The notes under the pieces were generated by a model. That model had not been told where the DNA came from. It made no database searches and saw nothing but the letters and a program-made list of their open reading frames with translations. A stretch of 64,000 nucleotides of DNA from the NCBI GenBank assembly GCA_963845485.1, contig CAWJSI010000002.1:8440-72439 (forward strand), written 5' to 3'. Positions 1 to 8,000 of this stretch are shown here, piece after piece. The stretch's first letter is position 1; every line of letters starts with the position of its first letter. The DNA is from an uncultured Acidimicrobiaceae bacterium. Lineage in GTDB: Bacteria > Actinomycetota > Acidimicrobiia > Acidimicrobiales > RAAP-2. The translations under genes and the position numbers were made by a program.

Positions 1-1
1 C

Positions 2-103
2 TCCCTCCTCGCCACCATCGAGAGCGCCTTCGGTCTGTCCCGGTTGGGCCAAGCCAACTCCGCGCATACCTTCGGCTCCGACGTGTTCACCTCGTCGGGG
101 TGA
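2..103 (+). CDS. 3' end of a gene that starts upstream of the window (product unknown)
   Basis: Open frame from the window edge to TGA at 101-103. It reads SLLATIESAFGLSRLGQANSAHTFGSDVFTSSG*. Protein-like, but too short to assign a family. Confidence 0.35.
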   Translation, partial: SLLATIESAFGLSRLGQANSAHTFGSDVFTSSG

Positions 104-115
104 TCAAGGGGACAG

Positions 116-862
116 TCACACCCGCTCGGGGTTCGGGCTGTCCCAGAGTGGCGCTCCTCGGGACAGCCGCCCTGCGGCCAGGGCCACCACGACCAACAAC
201 ACCAGGGCCACCAGGAGCCCGAGGGGCTGACTGACATGGAGCTCGAGGGTGGCCCCCACCAGGGCGCCCACGAACATGGCGATGGCAGCCAGGCCGCGGC
301 GACCGATCCGTGAGTTGGTGCCGCCGCCCAGCCGGCTCTCGAAGGCCAACCCGGCGATGGTCTGGGTGAGCACGGTGGTGGTGAGGTCGGGCACGGCCAG
401 CTTGCGGGCGGTGCCGTTCTGCATCCCGGCCCCGAGGGCAAGCAGCGTCACCAGGGCGAAGCGGGTGACACCGTGGCCCGGATCGGCGACCGTCCACCCG
501 ATGATCACCGAGGCGGCCGTGACCGCAACCTCGAAGGTGGCCGTCACGGCCAGGATGCGGCCTCGCCGCGGGCCCAGGTGGGTGGTGATGCGCCCGCTGA
601 CCACCGCGCCGAGGCCGAAGGCGACGAGGGCGAGGGCCGACGCAGCCAGGGAGAAGCCCTTGGCACCGGCCAGGGCGAAGGCCAAGAAGACCACGTTGCC
701 GGTCATGTTGGCCACGAAGACGTGGCCGAGGACGAGGTAGCTGAAGGCATCCACCAGTCCGGTGACCACGGTCAACAGGAGCAGCAGCGGGTGGAGCGGC
801 CCGTGCCGGTCGCCCTTGGGCGGGACGACGGTCTGGATGGCGTCGGTCACGGTGCTGAGCAT
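116..862 (-). CDS. DUF1275/YoaK-like integral membrane protein
   Basis: C-terminal 248 codons of ORF 116..1291, starting at ATG 862 (MLSTVTDAI...). Multiple hydrophobic helices and a GNVVFLAFALAG / GMQNGTARKL pattern typical of YoaK-like proteins. The longer N-terminal extension overlaps the ABC-F gene and is Pro/Ser/Arg-rich. Confidence 0.75.
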   Translation of the reverse strand: MLSTVTDAIQTVVPPKGDRHGPLHPLLLLLTVVTGLVDAFSYLVLGHVFVANMTGNVVFLAFALAGAKGFSLAASALALVAFGLGAVVSGRITTHLGPRRGRILAVTATFEVAVTAASVIIGWTVADPGHGVTRFALVTLLALGAGMQNGTARKLAVPDLTTTVLTQTIAGLAFESRLGGGTNSRIGRRGLAAIAMFVGALVGATLELHVSQPLGLLVALVLLVVVALAAGRLSRGAPLWDSPNPERV

Positions 863-941
863 CAAGTGCCTCCACTGGCTCGGAGTTGTCGACGAACCTA
901 TCCAACCGTCCCTCCCACCGTGAGCGGCGGCGTTGTCGGGA

Positions 942-2600
942 TCAGGGAAGCTCGAGTGTGCGGGTGAGCTCGACCGACTCGAGGAGCTGGCGGTCGTGGG
1001 AGACGAGCAACAGGGTGCCGCCGAACCCGGCCAGGGCCTCCTCCAACTGTTCGATGGCCGGGAGATCGAGATGGTTGGTGGGCTCGTCGAGCACCAAGAA
1101 GTTGACGCCGAGGGCCTGGAACACGGCCAGCTCGGCCCGCGTCCGCTCGCCCGGCGAGAGGGATGCGGTCGGACGGGTGACGTGGTCGGCGTCCAGGCCG
1201 AACTTGGCCAACAGGGACCGGGCTTCGGAGAGGGTGATCCCGCAACGGTCCGTGGTGGAACGCACGAGGTCGGGCCCCGCTCCGAGGGCACGACGGTCCT
1301 GGCCCAGCTGGCCCACGACGACGCTCGGTCCCAGCCACTGCTGACCGGCTACCAGGGGAAGGGCGCCGAGCAGGGCGGCCACCAACGTGGACTTGCCGCT
1401 GCCGTTGGCTCCGGTGAGCGCCACCCGTTCGCCCCAGTCGATCTCGAAGTCCAACGGTCCCATCTGGAACCCACCCCGCTCGATCACGGCTCGAGTCAAC
1501 CGGGCCACCACCGTGCCGGCCCGGGACGCTTCCTCGATGGTGAAGCGGAGATCCCAGCCCTCCCACGGCTTGTCCACCACCGTGAGGGCCTCCCGGGCCC
1601 GATCGGTCTGGCGGGCCTTGGCCGCCAGCTTCTCGGTCCGGTTGATCCGGAAGTCCCGCTGGGCCTTGTCGTTGTCACTGGGCTTACGGGACTCCTTCCT
1701 CACCCCGGTGGTGGCCCACTGACGCTGGCGTTCGGCCCGGCCCTCGAGCTGGGTCCGGCGCTGCTCGTAGTGTTCGTAGGCCTCGGTGGCGTGTCGGCGG
1801 GCGTTGGCCCGCTCGGCCTGGTAGCCGGCCCACCCCCCGCCGTAGTGGTGGCCGGTGCGGGTGTGCACATCGAGTTCGAGCACGGTGGCGACGGTCCGGG
1901 CCAGGAAGTCGCGGTCGTGGGAGACGATCACCGTCCCTCCCCGCCTCGAGCCGATCCACTCCTCCAGTCGGCGGAGTCCGGCGAAGTCGAGGTCGTTGGT
2001 GGGCTCGTCCAGCAGGGTCACATCGAAGCGGGACAGTTCGATACCGGCCAGAGCCACCTTGGCCCGTTGTCCGCCGGACAGGGTGATGACCGATTGGGAT
2101 GACACGCCCAGCCCGAGTCCGTGTTCTTCGAGGTGCGTGTCGATGCGGGCGTCGAGATCGGCCACGCCCAGGGTGGTGAACCGCTCCAGCGCCGCCTCGT
2201 AGCGCCGTTCCGCCGAGGTGCTGCCGGTCGACAAGGCCGAGGCCGCCTCGGCCAACTCGACCTCTGCGTGCCGTCCGCCCGTCCTGCGGGTCAGCCACTC
2301 CCGAACCGTCTCGCCCTCGGTGGTGTCCTGCTCCTGGGCCAGATACCCGACCGTCGCCGTCGGCGGGTCGAGCGTGATGCTCCCGGCGTCCGGCTCGATC
2401 AGGCCGGCCAGGAGTTGGAGCAGCGTGGACTTGCCGACTCCGTTCGGGCCGATGACGCCGATGCGACTCTCGGGTCCGACCGTGACGGAGATGTCGTCGA
2501 GGACCGTGTGCCCACCGCGGTCGTGAGTCAGGTGGCGCGCCACCAAGGTGGCCGACGGCGACAGATCGGTGCGAAGCGGGGGGATGCGACGGGCGGGCAT
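942..2600 (-). CDS. ABC-F family ATPase (two ABC domains, no membrane domain)
   Basis: Two Walker A motifs (GPNGVGKST, GANGSGKST) and two signature motifs (LSGGQRAKVAL, LSPGERTRAEL). A charged linker (RKESRKPSDNDKAQRDFRINRTEKL) sits between the domains. No TM segments. Confidence 0.9.
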   Translation of the reverse strand: MPARRIPPLRTDLSPSATLVARHLTHDRGGHTVLDDISVTVGPESRIGVIGPNGVGKSTLLQLLAGLIEPDAGSITLDPPTATVGYLAQEQDTTEGETVREWLTRRTGGRHAEVELAEAASALSTGSTSAERRYEAALERFTTLGVADLDARIDTHLEEHGLGLGVSSQSVITLSGGQRAKVALAGIELSRFDVTLLDEPTNDLDFAGLRRLEEWIGSRRGGTVIVSHDRDFLARTVATVLELDVHTRTGHHYGGGWAGYQAERANARRHATEAYEHYEQRRTQLEGRAERQRQWATTGVRKESRKPSDNDKAQRDFRINRTEKLAAKARQTDRAREALTVVDKPWEGWDLRFTIEEASRAGTVVARLTRAVIERGGFQMGPLDFEIDWGERVALTGANGSGKSTLVAALLGALPLVAGQQWLGPSVVVGQLGQDRRALGAGPDLVRSTTDRCGITLSEARSLLAKFGLDADHVTRPTASLSPGERTRAELAVFQALGVNFLVLDEPTNHLDLPAIEQLEEALAGFGGTLLLVSHDRQLLESVELTRTLELP

Positions 2601-2904
2601 GGAGAACCTCTCGGGCCGGTGGACGGAAGACGGACACGGGACCTGCGGTTCTCAGCGCACGCGTCCAGGCTACCGCCTCGGTGACGGTGTGTCCCGACTG
2701 TCCAGGTGTGGGCGCACCGTCCCGCGACGGAGAGCGCGGCGCGACCCACGAGAGGGTCCGACCGCGACGGGCACGACGCCGCTGGCGACCGGACCGCCAC
2801 CCCAGATCGCTCGCCGCCGATGTATCGGTCCCGACGAACCGATCCTGGGTTTCGAACTGAGAGTGTGCGCCCGCTACCGCCTGCAGGTGCCCGACGGCTC
2901 TCGG

Positions 2905-4062
2905 TTAGGGCTTCTCGCTGCCCACGACCCACATGGCGAAGAACTGGGAGCCCCCGCCGTAGGCCTGGCCGAGAGCCAACTTGGCCCCGTCGACCTGGTG
3001 CTCGCCGGCCTGGCCCCGCACCTGCATGGCCACCTCGAGGAAGCGGAGCATGCCCGAAGCCCCGATGGGATTGGAGGACAGTACCCCGCCTGAGGCGTTC
3101 CAGGGAATGTCACCGTCGAAGGCCGTGGCCCCTGACTCGGTCAGCTTCCACCCGTCACCGAGATCACAGAAGCCGAGGTTCTCGAGCCACATCGGCTCAT
3201 ACCAGCTGAAGGGCACGTAGACCTCGGCGCAGTCGAACTGCTCCCGGGGGTTGGTGATCCCGGCCTGGGCGTAGACGTCGGCCGAACAGTCCCTCCCGGC
3301 CTGAGGGTTGACCTGGTCACGGCCGGCGAACATGGTGGGCTCGGACCGCATCGCCGTCCCGTGGATCCACGCCGGGGGGTACTGGCCCGAGATGGCATCC
3401 TCCGACGCCAGTACCATGGCCGCGGCCCCGTCCGACGACGGGCAGGACTCGAGGTAGCGCAGCGGCTCCCACAGCATCATGGAGTCCTCGACCATCTTCA
3501 TGTCGATGTCGGCCAGGTGCAGGTGGGCGTAGGGGTTGCGCATGGCGTTCTTGCGGTCCTTGACCGCCACCATCCGCCCGATGTGATCGGGTGCACCCGA
3601 GCGACGCATGTAGGCCCGGATGTGGGGGGCGAAGTAGCCCCCGGCTCCGGCCAGCAACGGGGCGGCGAACGGTTGGGGCACGGACAGCGCCCACATGGCG
3701 TCGGAGTCGGACTGCTTCTCGTAGGCCACGGTCAGCACCCGCTGGTGGATGCCCGACTTGACCAGATGGGCGGCCACCAGTGCGGTGGAGCCCCCGACCG
3801 ACCCGGCGGTATGGACGCGGAACATGGGCTTGCCCACCGCGCCCAGGGCAGGAGCCAGGTAGATCTCGGGCATCATGTTGCCCTCGAACATGTCCGGGGC
3901 CTTGCCGATGACAACGGCATCGATGTCCGACCACGTGAGGTCGGCGTCGGCGAGGGCCGCTTTGGCCGCCTCGCGGACCAGGCCGGCAATGGACACGTCG
4001 TCCCGCTTGGCCTTGTGATGGGTCTGTCCAACTCCGATGACTGCACAACGCTCGGCCATCAC
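2905..4062 (-). CDS. Thiolase-like (SCP-x/Ltp-type) protein with non-canonical active-site motifs
   Basis: 385 aa. Thiolase-fold hallmarks are AVIGVGQT..., NASGGVLSSNPIGASG and ALGQAYGGGS. In the NxxGGxxxxGHPxGxxG motif, His is replaced by Asn. No Cys in the expected nucleophile stretch (HTAGSVGGSTAL). The start overlaps the stop of the upstream gene. Confidence 0.85.
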   Translation of the reverse strand: MMAERCAVIGVGQTHHKAKRDDVSIAGLVREAAKAALADADLTWSDIDAVVIGKAPDMFEGNMMPEIYLAPALGAVGKPMFRVHTAGSVGGSTALVAAHLVKSGIHQRVLTVAYEKQSDSDAMWALSVPQPFAAPLLAGAGGYFAPHIRAYMRRSGAPDHIGRMVAVKDRKNAMRNPYAHLHLADIDMKMVEDSMMLWEPLRYLESCPSSDGAAAMVLASEDAISGQYPPAWIHGTAMRSEPTMFAGRDQVNPQAGRDCSADVYAQAGITNPREQFDCAEVYVPFSWYEPMWLENLGFCDLGDGWKLTESGATAFDGDIPWNASGGVLSSNPIGASGMLRFLEVAMQVRGQAGEHQVDGAKLALGQAYGGGSQFFAMWVVGSEKP

Positions 4063-5147
4063 GCACCTTCCAGAACGCAGACGAGATTCTGTTGCAGGCA
4101 GGGGCCCGAGGTGGCGTGGGCCACGGCCCGCCGGGCCTCCCCCGACCGGATCCGCTCGGCCGCCTCGCCGATCCGGATGAGTCCGGCTGACATCATCGGA
4201 TTGGCGGCCAGCGCCCCACCCGAGGGATTGATGGTCACCGAGTCGTCGAGGCCCAGAGCGTCGCGGACGATGATCTCCTGGGAGGCGAACGGGGCGTGGA
4301 TCTCGGCCACGTCGACCGGTCCGTCGGCCACTCCGGCCACATCGGCCGCCTTTTTCGTGGAGGGCGAAGACGTGAGGTCACGCGCCCCGAGGGCATGGGT
4401 CTCCATGCGGTGGTCGAAGCCGGTGATCCACACCGGCTTGTCCCCCCAGGCCAAGGCCTTGTCCCCGGCGGCCAGCACGATGGCGGCGGCACCGTCGGTG
4501 ATGGGGGGAAGCGTGTGGCGCCGGAGCGGCGAGACCACGTACTCCTCGTCGAGGAGGGATGCCGCTGGGATGTCGTTGGCCACCTGGGCCTTGGGGTTGG
4601 CCAGGGCGTCCTTACGGCTGCGGGCGGCGATGGCGGCGAACTCCTCTTCGGTGCCCTTGCCGGCATCGATGAGGGCCCGGGCCTGCAGCGCGGCCAGGCT
4701 GACCGGGTCGGGCCAGAGGGGGGCCAGATAGTAGGGGTCGAGCTGGAGGGCCAGGATCTCGCCGAGGTTGCCCAGCGACGATCGCCCGAAGCTGTAGACG
4801 AGGGCGGCGTCGATCTCCCCCTCTTGGAGAAGCACCCAGGCCTCGTAGAGGGCCCAGGCCCCGTCCATCTCCACATGGCTTTCGGAGCGGGGCGGCCAGA
4901 CCCCCACGGCGTCAAGGGCCATCACGAAGCTGAACGGTCCCCCGATGAGGTAGTCGGTCGATCCCGAGCAGATGAAGTCGACGTCGTCCTTGGTGATCCC
5001 GATGTTGCCGAACACCTCGGCCACCACCGGCATGAGCATCTCGACCTCGTTGCGCTCATCGTCGCGACGGACGTTCTGGGTCTGGGCGAACGAGGCGACA
5101 GAGACCGGACGCGGGGTGCGGGTGGCCCGTCCGGCGGCGGCGCTCAC
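4059..5147 (-). CDS. Thiolase-like (SCP-x/Ltp-type) protein, second paralogue
   Basis: 362 aa. Contains INPSGGALAANPMMSAG (again Asn where the thiolase His is expected). The GTG start forms a GTGA overlap with the upstream DUF35 gene. Confidence 0.85.
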   Translation of the reverse strand: MSAAAGRATRTPRPVSVASFAQTQNVRRDDERNEVEMLMPVVAEVFGNIGITKDDVDFICSGSTDYLIGGPFSFVMALDAVGVWPPRSESHVEMDGAWALYEAWVLLQEGEIDAALVYSFGRSSLGNLGEILALQLDPYYLAPLWPDPVSLAALQARALIDAGKGTEEEFAAIAARSRKDALANPKAQVANDIPAASLLDEEYVVSPLRRHTLPPITDGAAAIVLAAGDKALAWGDKPVWITGFDHRMETHALGARDLTSSPSTKKAADVAGVADGPVDVAEIHAPFASQEIIVRDALGLDDSVTINPSGGALAANPMMSAGLIRIGEAAERIRSGEARRAVAHATSGPCLQQNLVCVLEGA

Positions 5148-5668
5148 AGGTACTCCTTATAGGTGTCGTAGTCGGCGTCGGGCTCGCCGTTCGGGCGGAA
5201 GTACTTCACCGAGGCCAGCGACGGCCCGAGCTGGTCGGCGTCCACCCACACCGCCTCCACCCGCATGCCCATGCGGATCTGGTCGGTCGGGATCTCCTGG
5301 AGGAGTCCCATGAACGAGAGGTTGGCCCCGTCCAGCAGGATCTGGGCGCAGATGTAGGGGATCTCGATGGACTGGCCGGCGAAGGGCACGTTCACCACGC
5401 AGTAGGTGGTGACGGTGCCCGAGTTGGACAACAGCACGTCCTCGGTCGTGGGCACCCCGTCGGTGGGGCACGAACCGCGGGAGGGCACGTAGACCTTGCC
5501 GCACACCGAGCACCGCTGGCCGAGGAAGGTCCCTTGCTCCAGCCCCCGGAGGAACTTGGACTGGGCGATGCCCGGAGTGAACTCGAAATCGAGGCGGATG
5601 GGGGTGGCGAGGGTGGTCACCGGGCCCCGAGCCTCACCTTCGGTGCTGGCGGTGTCGACATCGCTCAC
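5144..5668 (-). CDS. DUF35-type OB-fold / zinc-ribbon protein (thiolase-associated)
   Basis: GTG start at 5668 overlaps the stop of the upstream gene (GTGA). Zn-ribbon CSVCGKVYVPSRGSCPTDG is followed by an OB-like segment (TVTTYCVVNVPFAG...MRVEAVWV). Confidence 0.8.
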   Translation of the reverse strand: MSDVDTASTEGEARGPVTTLATPIRLDFEFTPGIAQSKFLRGLEQGTFLGQRCSVCGKVYVPSRGSCPTDGVPTTEDVLLSNSGTVTTYCVVNVPFAGQSIEIPYICAQILLDGANLSFMGLLQEIPTDQIRMGMRVEAVWVDADQLGPSLASVKYFRPNGEPDADYDTYKEYL

Positions 5669-6132
5669 GAGGCACCGCCGGCAGTGTCTTCGGGGACGAA
5701 GGCCTCGATGTCGGCCATGGCCCCGATGCGGTCGGCCTCGGGTCGGAACCGAACGGTGACCCGGTCGCCGGTGCCCAGCGCATCGGGTGACCCAGCGTCC
5801 ACCACATGGAGGAGGGCGGTGTCGGCCCCGTCCAGTCGGATGAGAGCCCAGGCGAAGGGGGTCTGGAGCGGGTGCTTGGGCTGGGGATTGGACACCCACG
5901 CCCACGATTCCACGACGCCGCCGGGTCCGACTTCGACCATCTCGCCGGTGTCATCACCGGTGGTCGGGTCGTACTCGGTGGGCGGCACGATGACCGAGCC
6001 ACCGGCACCGGTGACCCCGTAGAGCTTTCCGTCCCTCAGTCCGGTGAGGAAGGCCCCGATGACCGGTCCCACCGAACGCGAGTACGGGTATTCGAGCCGG
6101 TGCGCTGCGTGCAGGACCTCGCTGTCGGGCAT
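5665..6132 (-). CDS. DUF35-like OB-fold protein lacking the Cys ribbon
   Basis: ATG 6132 is preceded by GGGGGAGG. Same layout as the neighbouring DUF35 gene (GVVESWAWV...ALIRLDGADTALLHVV...DRVTVRFRP), but the ribbon position has no cysteines (GKLYGVTGAGGSVIVPPTEYDPTTG). Confidence 0.65.
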   Translation of the reverse strand: MPDSEVLHAAHRLEYPYSRSVGPVIGAFLTGLRDGKLYGVTGAGGSVIVPPTEYDPTTGDDTGEMVEVGPGGVVESWAWVSNPQPKHPLQTPFAWALIRLDGADTALLHVVDAGSPDALGTGDRVTVRFRPEADRIGAMADIEAFVPEDTAGGAS

Positions 6133-6177
6133 CCTCGAACCTCCCCCTGACTTGTCGACGAACGTACGGTCGAAAAG

Positions 6178-6191
6178 TAGAACACATTTCA
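6178..6191. promoter_or_regulatory. Possible TetR(KstR-like) operator in the divergent promoter region
   Basis: TAGAACACATTTCA compared with the remembered KstR pattern TnnAACnnGTTnnA shows one mismatch (GTT to ATT). It lies in an AT-richer spacer between the DUF35/thiolase operon and the sulfatase gene. No cognate regulator is in the window. Confidence 0.2.
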
Positions 6192-6300
6192 CTTTCGTGC
6201 CAACAGCCCAGGCCGGAGGTTCGCCACCCGGACCTCTTCGCCTGGCCGCACCATTCCGACCCACCCGGCCGGCACCGGGGTGGCGCTACCGTGAACGGCC

Positions 6301-7839
6301 ATGAGCGAGACTCCGCCGAAACGCCCCAACATCCTGCTCGTCGTGTCCGACCAGGAACGGCAGCGGTCCTGGCTCCCCCCGCAGGTATCCCTGCCGTGGC
6401 GTGACCGGCTCCGGAGCGAGGGCCTCGAGTTCACCGACTACTTCACCCACTCGTCGCCCTGCTCTCCCAGCCGGGCCAGCCTCTTCACCGGACGCTATCT
6501 GGAGGGCCACGGGGTGCTCGACAACGTGATCATGCCCGAGCACGACGAACTCCCCACCACCACCCCCACCCTCGGCTCCCTGCTCGACGGGGCCGGCTAC
6601 CGCTCCTCATACATCGGCAAGTGGCACCTCTCCCACTCCCCCACCCCGGACATGGAGGCGTACGGCTTCGCCGACTGGGACGGCAACGACCGGCACTTCA
6701 TGGGGTGGGCGGGGACCGGTGTCCACTTCGACCCGCTGATCGCGTCGAACGCCGCCCACTGGCTCACCGAAAACGCCAAGCCGGCCGGCCCGGGGGCCGA
6801 CTCCTCGGATGCACCGCCGTGGTTCCTCACCGTCGCCCTCGTGAATCCCCACGACGTGATGTGGTTCCCGGTCGACCAGCCCGGCTACCGGGAGGGCCAC
6901 CCCGACGATGTGGCCGCCATCCGCCAGGTGCTCGAGTCCGCCGCCTGGAAGGACGACGATCCCCTACCCATCTTCACCGATCCCTATCCCGAGGTCGTCG
7001 ACCGACTGCCGGACAACTTCGGTGACGACCTGCACACCAAGCCCGAGGCCCACCGCCAGTGGCGCTGGGACCAGCAACACGGACTGTGGGGTTACATCGA
7101 CCCGTCGGACAAGGGGGCCTGGCTCCGTCACCTCGACTACTACGTGCACCTCCACCAACTGGCCGACCGCAGCCTCGGCACCGTACTCGCCGCCCTCGAG
7201 GCCTCGGGCGCCTGGGACGACACCGTGATCATCTTCACCTCCGACCACGGCGATATGTGCGGGTCGCACGGGCTCCGCTCGAAGGGCCCCTTCGTCTACG
7301 ACGAGATCATGCGGGTGCCCCTCTACATCAAGGTTCCCGGCGTGACTTCCCCCGGCTCGGTGACCTCATCACTCGGCTCCCACGTGGACCTGGCCGCCAC
7401 CATCTGCGCCCTCGGCGGCGTGGACCCGGGCGTCTCGGGCGCCACCGTGCAGGGTGCAGACCTGAGCCCGATCCTCGCCGACCCGTCGGCGACCGTGCGA
7501 GACCACATCCTCTTCGCCCAGGACTCGGCCCAGACCACCGAGCTCAACAAGGTCCGCTACGCCCTGCGGGGCTTCTACGACGGCCAGACCAAGTACGCCC
7601 GCTACTACGGGGTGGGAGGAGGCAAGCCCTCGACCGGGCTGTGGGGCAAATCGCCCGGCACCAAGCTGTTCGACGTGGACTGTGCCTTCGACGACAACGA
7701 CCACGAGTGGTACGACCATGCCGACGATCCGCTCGAGCTGGTCAACCTGGCCAACGACCGCTCCCGCCGCTCGGAGCTGCGCGATGTCTACGAGCGGATG
7801 CGGCCCTACGAACAGGAGTCGTTCGTCACCTTCGTCTAG
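6301..7839 (+). CDS. Cys-type sulfatase (arylsulfatase family)
   Basis: N-terminal NILLVVSDQ, sulfatase signature SSPCSPSRASLFTGRY (CxPxR formylglycine motif), GKWHL and FTSDHGDMCGSHG. Confidence 0.9.
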   Translation: MSETPPKRPNILLVVSDQERQRSWLPPQVSLPWRDRLRSEGLEFTDYFTHSSPCSPSRASLFTGRYLEGHGVLDNVIMPEHDELPTTTPTLGSLLDGAGYRSSYIGKWHLSHSPTPDMEAYGFADWDGNDRHFMGWAGTGVHFDPLIASNAAHWLTENAKPAGPGADSSDAPPWFLTVALVNPHDVMWFPVDQPGYREGHPDDVAAIRQVLESAAWKDDDPLPIFTDPYPEVVDRLPDNFGDDLHTKPEAHRQWRWDQQHGLWGYIDPSDKGAWLRHLDYYVHLHQLADRSLGTVLAALEASGAWDDTVIIFTSDHGDMCGSHGLRSKGPFVYDEIMRVPLYIKVPGVTSPGSVTSSLGSHVDLAATICALGGVDPGVSGATVQGADLSPILADPSATVRDHILFAQDSAQTTELNKVRYALRGFYDGQTKYARYYGVGGGKPSTGLWGKSPGTKLFDVDCAFDDNDHEWYDHADDPLELVNLANDRSRRSELRDVYERMRPYEQESFVTFV

Positions 7840-8000
7840 CCAATCCCTTTCGGACGGGGTACCGGCCCAAAACCGCCGGTGCGTGCCTGCCCCGAGTCCG
7901 GGACGCAACATGGAGCGGGTGACGGGTGTTCGGCACTCCGCCTGGTGCTCCACTTGCAGCATTCCGTCCGCAGGCCCCGGGCGGCAGGTCCGACTGCGGC

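Noticed and set aside
2669-2881. 9-nt direct repeat GCTACCGCC at 2669 and 2873 in the ABC-F leader.
   Set aside because: It is too short for significance in GC-rich DNA, and no extended similarity surrounds the copies.
2840-2885. tRNA-like string GGGTTTCGAAC (possible T-loop) and a TCA that could be an anticodon on the minus strand.
   Set aside because: I could not build an acceptor stem, D-arm or anticodon stem on either strand. It is an isolated T-loop-like hexamer only.
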